Part shown: positions 49,768 to 58,177 of the stretch, piece by piece
How the letters are laid out: the number at the start of each line of letters is the position of its first letter
Numbering within the stretch: the stretch's first letter is position 1
NCBI GenBank assembly: GCA_049671165.1
Contig: JBATUN010000034.1
Coordinates: forward strand, 36,831-100,830
From: Dehalococcoidia bacterium
Lineage (GTDB): Bacteria > Chloroflexota > Dehalococcoidia > GIF9 > AB-539-J10
Reading direction: 5' to 3'
Length of the DNA: 64,000 bases
Notes under the pieces: model-generated
Databases searched by the model: none
What the model saw: the letters and a program-made list of their open reading frames with translations, nothing else
What the model was told of the DNA's origin: nothing
Made by a program: the position numbers and the translations under genes

Positions 49768-50617
49768 ACTGTTCCTCCCATTCATTCAAAGCTTCCAGCA
49801 GTAAATCAACGTTCTTATCTATCGTCTTTTCCCAGGTTTCGGTGTTTTCGAAGCCGCCAGGGAAGTTGGATATGGTTACCTGGACGGCTCCAATATCCTG
49901 TGCCATAGTCTCACTTGCCGCCGTGGCACCGCTCTGGAGATTGTCGATGACTACAGCTACCCCAGCTTCTATGGCGTCGGTTACTAATTGCTCCACATCG
50001 GCCAGACTTAAGTCTTCAGGTCTACCATAGATAGCCGTGGTATTAAACCCGGCCCAAATTACGAATCCTGCTTGCATGTCAGCGCAGATTACTTTTACTC
50101 CCTCTACTCCGGCTTCCGATAATCTATCTTCTACTTCCTCTCCCTTAGCTAAAATAGCTTGCGCCCTTTCTGCAGCTTTCCCTTCATAATACGCGGCGTT
50201 GTCAGGGTCTATCTCGCCCAGGGCTTGAGCAATTTTGTCTACTGCCTCAGCCTGGACCGCGGGCACCATCCAGTTGCCTGTAACATTAAGAACGGTGATA
50301 ACAAGGTCGGGATTTTCTGCAGCTTCAATCGCTCCAGCGATATTTTGGAAATACTCCTGGTAATCATGGATGAAAAGGGCTTTGCTATTAGCCAGTGCCT
50401 CGATATCGCTTGGCTTTACATCATAGTGCCCCGGACACACGCCCGGCGGTATAAGGGTGCGCGTTTCCACTTTGTCACCAGCTACATCCTGAATAATGTT
50501 GGTGATAAGCGAGCTCCCGGCCATGATGTCAGTTGATTGTTGGGTACAGGATAAGGGCGTAAATAAAATTGCCAAAAAAAGTACTGCTAGAATGCCTGCT
50601 ACAAGCTTTCTCTTCAT
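49760..50617 (-). CDS. metal ABC transporter substrate-binding lipoprotein (ZnuA/TroA family)
   Basis: 285 aa with a signal peptide and lipobox-like LSCTQ. GAGGAGG lies upstream. Confidence 0.8.
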   Translation of the reverse strand: MKRKLVAGILAVLFLAILFTPLSCTQQSTDIMAGSSLITNIIQDVAGDKVETRTLIPPGVCPGHYDVKPSDIEALANSKALFIHDYQEYFQNIAGAIEAAENPDLVITVLNVTGNWMVPAVQAEAVDKIAQALGEIDPDNAAYYEGKAAERAQAILAKGEEVEDRLSEAGVEGVKVICADMQAGFVIWAGFNTTAIYGRPEDLSLADVEQLVTDAIEAGVAVVIDNLQSGATAASETMAQDIGAVQVTISNFPGGFENTETWEKTIDKNVDLLLEALNEWEEQYG

Positions 50618-50642
50618 AGAACCTCCTCAATCACTCAATAGT

Positions 50643-51161
50643 TTAGTGCTTGTTTTCTGAAGCCTGGGCAAATTCCCTCTCTATTTGTTCCATCCATTTG
50701 CTTACTTTCACTTCCTTTATGGTATAGTAGCTAGGGGTATACGGCTTGATATCAATCACAGGACTGCCATCAATAGCATCCAAGCATTTTACCTTCAGAA
50801 GATTCCCGTTTCGCTCAAGCAAGGGAACTGCCGACACACAGATGGGGTTAGGTCGGATAGGGCTACAAGCAGCAAAAATGCCTACCTCTGGCAGGTCCTT
50901 TCTGCCCATAGGATGAGCCTTGATAAGAGAACGGTCTTCTTCTGAAGCCAAATGAGCCCAGTAGAGGACAAGAATGTGAGAGAAATCCTCTATCCCATCA
51001 AGAATACCGGTGAAGTCATCAGAGATCAAAATCTCCGATATCACGCTTTGCTCTTTCTTCGCATCCTCTAATACTCCCTTCCACTCTAAGTCACGCCATT
51101 TAACAACCAAGCTAGGCTCTTTTATCTGGCTTTTCACTATCCCCACAGGCCTTATCTTCAT
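50643..51161 (-). CDS. TsaA/TrmO (YaeB, UPF0066) family protein
   Basis: MKIRPVGIVKS start with conserved RPNPI and DGSPVIDIKPY motifs. The track ORF starts at 51194. Confidence 0.75.
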   Translation of the reverse strand: MKIRPVGIVKSQIKEPSLVVKWRDLEWKGVLEDAKKEQSVISEILISDDFTGILDGIEDFSHILVLYWAHLASEEDRSLIKAHPMGRKDLPEVGIFAACSPIRPNPICVSAVPLLERNGNLLKVKCLDAIDGSPVIDIKPYTPSYYTIKEVKVSKWMEQIEREFAQASENKH

Positions 51162-51211
51162 TCTGTGCAAATCTTTACCACCCTTTCCTGTCATCTTAAC
51201 GCTCCGTTTTC

Positions 51212-51225
51212 TGCAATTAATTGCA
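51212..51225. promoter_or_regulatory. perfect 14-bp palindrome TGCAATTAATTGCA; candidate operator inside the metal operon
   Basis: It lies in the gap between cooT and the tsaA-like gene. It shares the TTGCAA half-site with the palindrome upstream of the Fur-family gene. Confidence 0.35.
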
Positions 51226-51242
51226 ATTATCGGGCAAAAAAA

Positions 51243-51428
51243 TTAATCCTTTTCCAGTTGTATTTGAGACTTTAAGAAGTCTATCTGCCGCACCTTGCCC
51301 CGGAAAACCCTCTTTTCTCCAAAGAGGGTCTCTACTTCTACTTGCCGGTCATCAATTATCAGGCGTGCGATATCCTCCAGAATTGGCTTGTCACCTTCTT
51401 TAGCCTCATAAAGTTTCGCCATACACAT
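51243..51428 (-). CDS. cooT: CooT-family nickel-binding protein
   Basis: 61 aa starting with MCMAK, characteristic of CooT. Confidence 0.7.
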   Translation of the reverse strand: MCMAKLYEAKEGDKPILEDIARLIIDDRQVEVETLFGEKRVFRGKVRQIDFLKSQIQLEKD

Positions 51429-51429
51429 C

Positions 51430-51648
51430 CTAATGCCTCCCCTTGCTCTTCGGTAGAGCCTGTTTTGCTTTCATTAGTTCGTCGCTAGCCGCAGCCATCT
51501 TGCTGGCTGCCTTTTGCAACTGTTTTGCTACCTCAGTGGATAGCGAGCCAACTTTGTCAGCCCAGTCACGGAACTCTTTCTCGTGCTCGCTGTTATGTTC
51601 AATCCAGTAGTTAAGGAGAATTTGTAGTTTTTCTTGAACGTCATCCAT
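51430..51648 (-). CDS. hypothetical small helical protein
   Basis: 72 aa, His/Glu-rich N-terminal part (WIEHNSEHEKE). It is tightly packed between the fur-family gene and cooT. Confidence 0.5.
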   Translation of the reverse strand: MDDVQEKLQILLNYWIEHNSEHEKEFRDWADKVGSLSTEVAKQLQKAASKMAAASDELMKAKQALPKSKGRH

Positions 51649-51654
51649 GGTCGG

Positions 51655-52083
51655 TTAAGCTTTGTTTCCTTTCCTTCTGCGGCATCCCCGGCACTCTCCT
51701 GAAATAGCCAGGTGCCTTAAATCAGCGTTAAAGCCGTATTTCTGAAGGAGGGTATCTTTTAGCGGACGCAGCGCAAACTCCTCCAGGTCTATCACCTTGC
51801 CACAGCTATGGCAAACGAGGTGATGGTGATGCCCCTTCTCAGCAACATGATAGCGGACGTATCCTTCGCCGAAGTCAGTTTCCGTGACTAAATTTAGTTC
51901 CTTCAGCAATTCTAGAGTGCGATAGACAGTGGATATATTGGCGTAGGGATAACGACTGTGTAACTGCTTGTAGAGCTCCTCAGCGCTGATGTGCCTGTCG
52001 GCATTATGAAGTGCCTCTATGACCAGCATGCGCTGGGGAGTTAAACGGTGCCCCGTTTCGCGGAGAATTTCGTGGCAGCTCAT
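51655..52083 (-). CDS. Fur-family metalloregulator (Zur/Nur-like)
   Basis: 142 aa with a wHTH, an HHHH metal site, and CxxC...CxxC (CHSCG, CRGC). Confidence 0.85.
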   Translation of the reverse strand: MSCHEILRETGHRLTPQRMLVIEALHNADRHISAEELYKQLHSRYPYANISTVYRTLELLKELNLVTETDFGEGYVRYHVAEKGHHHHLVCHSCGKVIDLEEFALRPLKDTLLQKYGFNADLRHLAISGECRGCRRRKGNKA

Positions 52084-52093
52084 TGGCGGGGGT

Positions 52094-52132
52094 ATTATAG
52101 CAAGAAAGGAAAATTATTGCAACGAGTTGCAA
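52094..52132 (-). promoter_or_regulatory. candidate promoter (TTGCAA-N17-TATAAT) with an overlapping palindromic operator TTGCAACTCGTTGCAA
   Basis: Read on the minus strand, the -10 is at 52094-52099 and the -35 at 52117-52122. A 7-2-7 inverted repeat at 52117-52132 overlaps the -35. Confidence 0.5.
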
Positions 52133-52154
52133 ATGCCATCACAACCCCACCCTA

Positions 52155-52210
52155 TCATTGCGAGGAGCGAGCTTCCTCGCTTACGCTTCGGAACAGGCTC
52201 CGCAATCTCG
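52155..52210 (+). repeat. family-A short interspersed repeat, copy A3 (intergenic, extended)
   Basis: TCATTGCGAGGAGCGAGCTTCCTCGCTTACGCTTCGGAACAGGCTCCGCAATCTCG contains the hairpin GCGAGGA/TCCTCGC. It shares the CATTGCGAGGAGCGA start and the GCAATCTC end with A2. Confidence 0.55.
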
Positions 52211-52299
52211 CAGAGTTCCGCACGAGAGGATCTATTCCTTGCTGGAATAAGGTGACATGAGGAGTGACGCCCTTGCATAATTTAGATATCTTCGCACCT

Positions 52300-52360
52300 G
52301 GAATTTGGATTTTTTACTTTTGATGTGTCATTTTGCCTTTTGCATTCTGACTTTTGACTT
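52300..52360 (+). repeat. family-B A/T-rich repeat, copy B3
   Basis: GTCATTTTGCCTTTTGCATTCTGACTTTTGAC compares closely with the B2 core GTCATTTTTCCTTTTGCATTTTGACATTTGAG. It abuts the dtd stop codon. Confidence 0.55.
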
Positions 52361-52807
52361 CTATTTGTTCCTGCTTTCCAGCGAGATGGTGACCGGCCCA
52401 TCATTATAGATTTCCACCAGCATATGCTCCTGGAAAAGCCCTGTTTCTACCTTGAGCCCTGTGGTGCCGACTTGCTCCACAAAAAACTCATATAATTCCT
52501 CAGCCAGGTCCGGCGGGGCTGCCTCGGTGAAGCTGGGTCGTCTCCCCTTGCGTGAATCAGCCAGGAGGGTGAACTGGCTTACAACTAAAATATCTCCCCT
52601 TGTTTCCAGCGCTGAGAGGGCAAACTTGCTTGCCTCATCGGCAAAAATACGCAGGTTGACCACTTTGTTTGCCAGGTAGCTGGCATCTTCCTTCGAATCA
52701 CCTTGAGCCACGCCGAGAAAAACCACCAACCCCCGGCCAATCTCGCCTACTATCTTGTCATTCACACTCACTGAGGCTCGGGAAACCCGCTGCACTAATG
52801 CTTTCAT
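52361..52807 (-). CDS. dtd: D-aminoacyl-tRNA deacylase
   Basis: 148 aa, MKALVQRVSRASVSV..., with an SQFTL motif. Confidence 0.9.
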   Translation of the reverse strand: MKALVQRVSRASVSVNDKIVGEIGRGLVVFLGVAQGDSKEDASYLANKVVNLRIFADEASKFALSALETRGDILVVSQFTLLADSRKGRRPSFTEAAPPDLAEELYEFFVEQVGTTGLKVETGLFQEHMLVEIYNDGPVTISLESRNK

Positions 52808-52877
52808 CTCGATTTAGCTTATATAATTATGCCACCTTCTCAGATTTATTTCCGCTTGTGTCCAGCTTCTCGTGAGT

Positions 52878-52936
52878 ATTCTGGTGACATAACACCTGAT
52901 TTGTAGTAGGCCGAATTGGGATGGTGTCCCTAGAAT
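52878..52936 (+). repeat. structured ~59-nt array repeat, copy R1
   Basis: ATTCTGGTGACATAACACCTGATTTGTAGTAGGCCGAATTGGGATGGTGTCCCTAGAAT. Confidence 0.85.
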
Positions 52937-52973
52937 TTGCCAGGTTAACTTTTGGTAGCTTGTTTATATAGCC

Positions 52974-53663
52974 CTAGGCAACAATACTAAGAACAACAGT
53001 TAGCACTAGCAAAATAAATGCTATCACCGAACCTGCTGTAATTATCCACCCCTGATTTCTGTCCCACCGACTGGTGATTTGGAACTCAACCTTATCATAT
53101 GCCTGTTTAACAATACTGCCGTATTTGTATGTAAAAACAAGGTCTACAGAGTAATAACCAGGTTGAGCCGTGCTCAAGGTTCTTAGAGAAATGGAAATTG
53201 GGTAACGACCATCTGTTTGTGTCTCAGCTACGTTTATAGGCAAGTCTGATTGTGTTCTCTGTGGTGGGGGAGGTACTGGAGCAGGCAAGAAGTTGCCATT
53301 ATTCAGATTAAGCATGACGCCATTTTCATGCAACTTCACACGGAATAACTCGCCACTGATTATGGGGAAAGATATATCTCTGCCGTCTATTTTTTCATAA
53401 TATACCCCAGCACACCCAACACAATCCCCTTCTTTTGAGGAATCAATGACATTAGGCGATGACCACAAACAGATAAGCTTGTTTCCATCTGGAATACCTG
53501 TTCCTGTTAGATGTATATCAATTACAATATCGTCCCCGCCCTTAATTCTGTGACTTCTTGCACGAGCAACGATGGAGTAAATCGGTTCTAAATTCTGAAC
53601 TAGAGGTAATATTTCATTATTGTATTTAATCATGTCGTCTTTCGTGAATCCCTTTTTTACCAT
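52974..53663 (-). CDS. hypothetical tail-anchored protein (two beta-rich halves joined by a PVPPPP linker; C-terminal TM helix)
   Basis: The track ORF is 52974..53684. I prefer the ATG at 53663 after GGAGGTG. The gene is AT-rich and no family was recognised. Confidence 0.55.
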   Translation of the reverse strand: MVKKGFTKDDMIKYNNEILPLVQNLEPIYSIVARARSHRIKGGDDIVIDIHLTGTGIPDGNKLICLWSSPNVIDSSKEGDCVGCAGVYYEKIDGRDISFPIISGELFRVKLHENGVMLNLNNGNFLPAPVPPPPQRTQSDLPINVAETQTDGRYPISISLRTLSTAQPGYYSVDLVFTYKYGSIVKQAYDKVEFQITSRWDRNQGWIITAGSVIAFILLVLTVVLSIVA

Positions 53664-53777
53664 AGACACCTCCACGTGCGACAAGCTTTTGTTTAAGGTT
53701 TATTCTAGTATTAAAAGATGGGAAAATAAAGAGGGTTAGCGGAATTCTCAAAATTTACCTCTGTAGAATGCCAGATT

Positions 53778-53836
53778 ATCCTGGGGAGATAATACCTAAT
53801 TGGTAGTGGGCCTGATTGATATGGTGTCCCTGGAAT
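53778..53836 (+). repeat. structured ~59-nt array repeat, copy R2
   Basis: ATCCTGGGGAGATAATACCTAATTGGTAGTGGGCCTGATTGATATGGTGTCCCTGGAAT. Confidence 0.85.
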
Positions 53837-53887
53837 TCTGGTGGGGGCGACAATCGGGGGGCACTGCGCCCCAGACAGAAGGCGGAC

Positions 53888-54889
53888 ATGGGCGCAGTAA
53901 GCATACGGTTGACTTCGATTGACCGCAACACTATGATTGTGGTTGTGGGCAGAGCTAAGTTGCCTGTGCATCCCGGCATAAACTTGGGAGACTTTGGAGT
54001 GGACGCCTCTTTACGGCAGCGAGGTTTTGTAATTGCAGCCCGCGGCGACTATGCACAAACCATTGCTCCAGCTGACATGCAACCAATCAAGATGCTAAGT
54101 AGTGGAGCATGCATGCCTGATTGGAATGATGATTTTTACAGAAGTATGTCCAAGATATCACAGCGCAAGATGTTTAGGTTCATGTTGACTCGTCCGCGGG
54201 GTGTTTCAGAAGTGGAGCTGAATAATGAACTCCACCAAGAAAGCACCACTATACACAAGAGAGTTCTGTACCTTGAGAAGACTGGAGTTATCCGAAAGTG
54301 TGCTGAGAACCGATGGTGTTTGTCCCAGGCAGTTGACAACTTCGGCCCAACATATGAACGTTATGTGAAATCTATTTTTGAGAGGGAATTCCATTGGTCT
54401 ACTGAATGGGGCATAGAACTCGAGCATTTTAAATACGGAGACTTCGATGTTCTCGCAACAATTGCATCCACACTCTGCTATGTGGAATGCAAAACCTCCC
54501 GACCAGAAGATGTAGGCGAAATGCAACTCAGGTATTTCTTACAGCGCAGCCAAGACTTAGCCCCCGAAATCGCCATTCTCCTCTTAGACACGGAGGACCC
54601 ACTAGACAAACCTCTTGAACAACTAGAGAATATTCTGACGGTGATTAAGCAGAAAGCAATGAAGGAACCAAACTATAAGCCAGAAAAACCGTTTTTCAGA
54701 GAATCGGCCAGATTTGCTGGAGTCTATTTCGGTTGTCGCAGAATATTCGTAACCAATGCCAGGCCAAACGTCGTGCACAATCTGCGATTATGTCTACAAT
54801 TCTACTGGACATGGCTGAAGTTCCAGTCGTTTTTGGGTGGCCCCCAATACAACTACGTTACCGAAGAGGTGTTTCCGTTCCCGCTCTGA
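53888..54889 (+). CDS. winged-helix DNA-binding domain fused to a PD-(D/E)xK nuclease-like domain; start uncertain
   Basis: The track ORF starts at 53816, inside repeat R2. The first ATG after the repeat is 53888. The wHTH-like segment is MFRFMLTRPRGVSEVELNNELHQESTTIHKRVLYLEKTGVI. The nuclease-like motif is E..(GIELEH)..GDFDVLA..x12..YVECK. Confidence 0.55.
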   Translation: MGAVSIRLTSIDRNTMIVVVGRAKLPVHPGINLGDFGVDASLRQRGFVIAARGDYAQTIAPADMQPIKMLSSGACMPDWNDDFYRSMSKISQRKMFRFMLTRPRGVSEVELNNELHQESTTIHKRVLYLEKTGVIRKCAENRWCLSQAVDNFGPTYERYVKSIFEREFHWSTEWGIELEHFKYGDFDVLATIASTLCYVECKTSRPEDVGEMQLRYFLQRSQDLAPEIAILLLDTEDPLDKPLEQLENILTVIKQKAMKEPNYKPEKPFFRESARFAGVYFGCRRIFVTNARPNVVHNLRLCLQFYWTWLKFQSFLGGPQYNYVTEEVFPFPL

Positions 54890-54905
54890 ACTATCGCTGC
54901 CAGGT

Positions 54906-54964
54906 ATTCTGGGGACATAATACCTGATTTATAGTAGGCCTAATTGATATGGTCTCCCTGGAGC
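54906..54964 (+). repeat. structured ~59-nt array repeat, copy R3
   Basis: ATTCTGGGGACATAATACCTGATTTATAGTAGGCCTAATTGATATGGTCTCCCTGGAGC. It begins 17 nt after the stop at 54889. Confidence 0.85.
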
Positions 54965-55027
54965 TTGCGGTATTGACTGTTCTTCTTAATTCTCATATGA
55001 TGTATCAAAAGGAGAGGAGGTGAAGCT

Positions 55028-55468
55028 ATGCCATTTTGTCCAAAATGTGGAAAAGAAGTAAGCGAGGGTGATTCGTTTTGCCCTGGGTGTGGACAGAGGC
55101 TTAAGGTTGGGGTAACGCCGGAGAATACATCGAGACAAGGTGAATTAGCCACAGTACCAGAGGAAGTTAAGGGGTGGAGCTGGGGAGCATTCGCCTTAAC
55201 CTGGATATGGGGAGTCTTTAATAGTGTTTGGATATCGCTACTTTGTCTTATTCCCTTTTTTAATATTGTGTGGGCTTTCGTTCTTGGCGTAAAGGGAAAT
55301 GAGTGGGCATGGCGGAATAAGAAATGGGACAGCATCGAGCAGTTCAAGAGTACGCAGAGGGGCTGGAATATTGCCGGCATAGTAGTATTTGCCATATCAA
55401 TAGTAGTTGTACCAGTTGTAATCATCTTTGCAGTTGTTGTTCCTTTAGCCCTGTATGGTTCTATATGA
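55028..55468 (+). CDS. zinc-ribbon domain membrane protein
   Basis: 146 aa with N-terminal CPKCG...CPGCG followed by Trp-rich TM segments. A strong GGAGAGGAGGTG RBS is present. Confidence 0.75.
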   Translation: MPFCPKCGKEVSEGDSFCPGCGQRLKVGVTPENTSRQGELATVPEEVKGWSWGAFALTWIWGVFNSVWISLLCLIPFFNIVWAFVLGVKGNEWAWRNKKWDSIEQFKSTQRGWNIAGIVVFAISIVVVPVVIIFAVVVPLALYGSI

Positions 55469-55489
55469 AGTCTCATTAGCATCTATCCT

Positions 55490-55548
55490 ATTCTGGGGAC
55501 ATAATACCTGATTTATGCTAGGCCTAATTGGTATGGTGTCCCTGACGG
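55490..55548 (+). repeat. structured ~59-nt array repeat, copy R4
   Basis: ATTCTGGGGACATAATACCTGATTTATGCTAGGCCTAATTGGTATGGTGTCCCTGACGG. It is identical to R3 over the first 27 nt and begins 22 nt after the stop at 55468. Confidence 0.85.
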
Positions 55549-55731
55549 ATTCAGGACATCCCGGCACCCCTCAGAAAACCTATGGATGATGCCGAATATC
55601 ATCCAGGGGACTTCTTACCGGCTTTCTCAAAAGATTAGCTTTGGTGTTGGACGGGCGGAAGGATTTCTCCGCCCTTGTTATAATTCTTCCTGTCAACAGC
55701 TATAATCACGAGATGGAGGGGGGTGCCACAC

Positions 55732-57369
55732 ATGAAAAAATCCAAGAGCAAAGACGAGGTGAAGGCAGGGAAGAACTCTAAATCACGGGATAGACAAGTT
55801 AATCAGGAGCCGATGCGCGCTGACCTCAAGGAGGTGATAGGGAGGCATTCCCGGGGCCTCGACGAGCAACGCCCCGAGGCGGTGGCGCGACGGCGGAAGA
55901 CAAACCAGCGCATGGTCCGTGAAAACATAAAGGACCTCTGCGACGGGCACTTCATGGAATACGGTCCTCTGGCGGTCGCCGCCCAGCGCCAGCGTCGAAC
56001 CATGAAGGACCTCACGAGCAGAACCCCGGCCGATGGGGTGATTGCCGGCATCGGACAGGTCAACGGATCGTTGTTTGGAGAAGACAAAGCCCGCTGCATG
56101 ATAATAGCCTACGATTATACGGTTCTGGCCGGTACCCAGGGATTTTTCGGCCACAAGAAAAAGGACCGTATGCTGAGACTGGCGCACGAACAGCGTCTGC
56201 CCGTGGTGCTTTTTGCCGAAGGCGGCGGTGGGAGGCCGGGTGACGTCGATGCGGATGGTGTGGTGGTGGCGGGTCTGGACCTGGCGACCTTTGCCATGTT
56301 TGCAAGATTGAGCGGAAAAATTCCGGTCGTAGGCATCGTATCGGGCCGCTGTTTTGCCGGCAACGCTGTCTTGCTGGGATGTTGTGATGTGATTATCGCT
56401 GCCCCAAATGCCAATATCGGGATGGCCGGCCCGGTTATGATCGAAGGCGGGGGACTGGGTGCTTTCAAACCGGAGGATATCGGACCCATGGATGTGCAAA
56501 CGAATAACGGCGTTGTGGACATTGCCGTGGCTGATGACACAGAAGCGGTGGCAGTCGCCAGGAAATATCTTTCATATTTTCAGGGAGCGATTCCCCAATG
56601 GGAGGCTGCCGACCAGCACCTTCTTCGCCGCATGATTCCTGAGCAACGAAGATACGTTTATGACGTGCGGGCTGTCATAAAAACGATAGCCGATACGGAC
56701 TCATTTCTTGAGTTAAGACCCAAGTTCGGCCCGGAGATGATTACGGGTCTTATACGCATCGAGGGCAAGCCTTTTGGCGTCATAGCCAATAACTGCAAAC
56801 ACCAGGCCGGGGCTATTGAAGCGGAAGGCGCGGACAAGGCAGCACGCCTCATGCAGCTTTGCAATGCCCATGGTCTGCCCATGGTGTCCCTGGTAGATAC
56901 GCCGGGATTCATGGTGGGGCCGGAGGTCGAACGCCGCGCTCAGGTCCGCCACGTTTGCCGTATGTTTGTGGTCGGCTCGCATTTAATGGTGCCTTTCTTT
57001 ACAGTCTTTTTGCGCAGGGGATACGGACTGGGAGCGCAGGCTATGGCCAAGGGAGGCTTCCACGAGCCTTTTTTTGCGATTGCCTGGCCAACCGGGGAAT
57101 TTGGCGGCATGGGATTGGAGGGCGCAGTCAGGGCTGGTTTCAGGAAAGAACTTGAATCAGTGAAAGACCCGCAGGAACGTGAAGCCCTATACGAGAAACT
57201 GGTTGCCCTGGCATATGAGAGAGGGAAAGCCATCAATATGGCCTCTTACCTCGAAATCGACGCGGTTATTGACCCGGCGGATACACGCAGATGGATTGTG
57301 GAAGGCTTGAAAGCCGTTCCCGCTGAACGCACCGAGAGAACAGGTCATGATTTTGTCGATACCTGGTAG
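55732..57369 (+). CDS. acyl-CoA carboxylase carboxyltransferase (beta) subunit family protein
   Basis: The track ORF starts at 55723. I prefer the ATG at 55732 after GGAGGGGGG. It has duplicated crotonase-like carboxyltransferase halves (AYDYTVLAGTQG...; DTPGFMVGPEVE...). The gene is visibly GC-rich compared with its neighbours. Confidence 0.85.
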   Translation: MKKSKSKDEVKAGKNSKSRDRQVNQEPMRADLKEVIGRHSRGLDEQRPEAVARRRKTNQRMVRENIKDLCDGHFMEYGPLAVAAQRQRRTMKDLTSRTPADGVIAGIGQVNGSLFGEDKARCMIIAYDYTVLAGTQGFFGHKKKDRMLRLAHEQRLPVVLFAEGGGGRPGDVDADGVVVAGLDLATFAMFARLSGKIPVVGIVSGRCFAGNAVLLGCCDVIIAAPNANIGMAGPVMIEGGGLGAFKPEDIGPMDVQTNNGVVDIAVADDTEAVAVARKYLSYFQGAIPQWEAADQHLLRRMIPEQRRYVYDVRAVIKTIADTDSFLELRPKFGPEMITGLIRIEGKPFGVIANNCKHQAGAIEAEGADKAARLMQLCNAHGLPMVSLVDTPGFMVGPEVERRAQVRHVCRMFVVGSHLMVPFFTVFLRRGYGLGAQAMAKGGFHEPFFAIAWPTGEFGGMGLEGAVRAGFRKELESVKDPQEREALYEKLVALAYERGKAINMASYLEIDAVIDPADTRRWIVEGLKAVPAERTERTGHDFVDTW

Positions 57370-57682
57370 ATTGATATTTCTTGCATAGCCAAATAATGGC
57401 TGCCCCCCACTCTCCGCTCCTCAGAGTATGGTCTATCGTAAACTTAAGGGTCCCGGCTGGGCTGACCGGGACCCCGACGCGGAAAGGAGGTTGAAGTTTG
57501 AACACAATAGCAGAGGAAACCTCGCTACGGTGCAGTTATATGCTAGCACTACCGTCATGAACCATCCGTGAAGTCTCCATGAACGCTAGATGAATTCTCC
57601 CCTATTCCCGAAGACTCAATACCGGTCAGCTGGCAAAAGGCTCTGGGACCCCGGGATTGGGCGACGGACTGGCTGTCGCATT

Positions 57683-57743
57683 ACTTACGGGGACAGGATA
57701 CTTGATTCGTAGCAGGCCTAACTGGTATGGTATCCACGAAATT
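57683..57743 (+). repeat. structured array repeat, diverged copy R5
   Basis: ACTTACGGGGACAGGATACTTGATTCGTAGCAGGCCTAACTGGTATGGTATCCACGAAAT. Confidence 0.65.
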
Positions 57744-57840
57744 TGCTTGTTTGGATTTGTTCAGGATTCTAAGAGAGGGCAGAACCTTTTTTTAGCCAAC
57801 AGGGCGATTTTACCAGTCATTCGGAGCATAATACTTCCAT

Positions 57841-58086
57841 CTACTTCCATGACCTATCCAACCACATCCCTTCAATTTCTCCACTTCTCACATCAGCGAT
57901 GAAAGACCCTATCTTTCTAATACCACCACTGGCAAAGCCACCAGAATGCTCATACTCAAAGCTTACTTTCCATTTTCCTTCAGTCTTTTGTGCGTATGTA
58001 ATTCGCAACTCGCGATAATCGATAACATTGGATATATCTAGAACTTTCTGAGCTATTCTTTTTAATTCTCCTACTTGTACGGCCAT
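57841..58086 (-). CDS. hypothetical small protein
   Basis: 81-aa ORF. No family recognised. Confidence 0.45.
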   Translation of the reverse strand: MAVQVGELKRIAQKVLDISNVIDYRELRITYAQKTEGKWKVSFEYEHSGGFASGGIRKIGSFIADVRSGEIEGMWLDRSWK

Positions 58087-58177
58087 AGTCTCTAACTACC
58101 CCCAGCGACGATTTATTATCCATCTTACCACAAAATTCATTGTCATCATACATATTTTTGTTCCCTTTTGAACAGAT

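Noticed and set aside
53711-53979. Minus-strand ORFs 53711..53971 and 53776..53979, and the first ~24 codons of the + ORF starting at 53816
   Set aside because: All run through repeat copy R2. The coding potential is most likely an artefact of the repeat.
54940-55482. 180-aa minus-strand ORF
   Set aside because: It overlaps the + strand zinc-ribbon membrane protein gene, which has a strong GGAGAGGAGGTG RBS and a recognisable CxxC..CxxC plus TM architecture. The minus ORF is low-complexity and runs through repeats R3 and R4.
55783-56540. Long minus-strand ORFs (238, 141, 98 and 81 aa) inside 55.7-57.3 kb
   Set aside because: They are antisense shadows typical of a GC-rich gene. The + strand ORF has clear carboxyltransferase motifs and a strong RBS.
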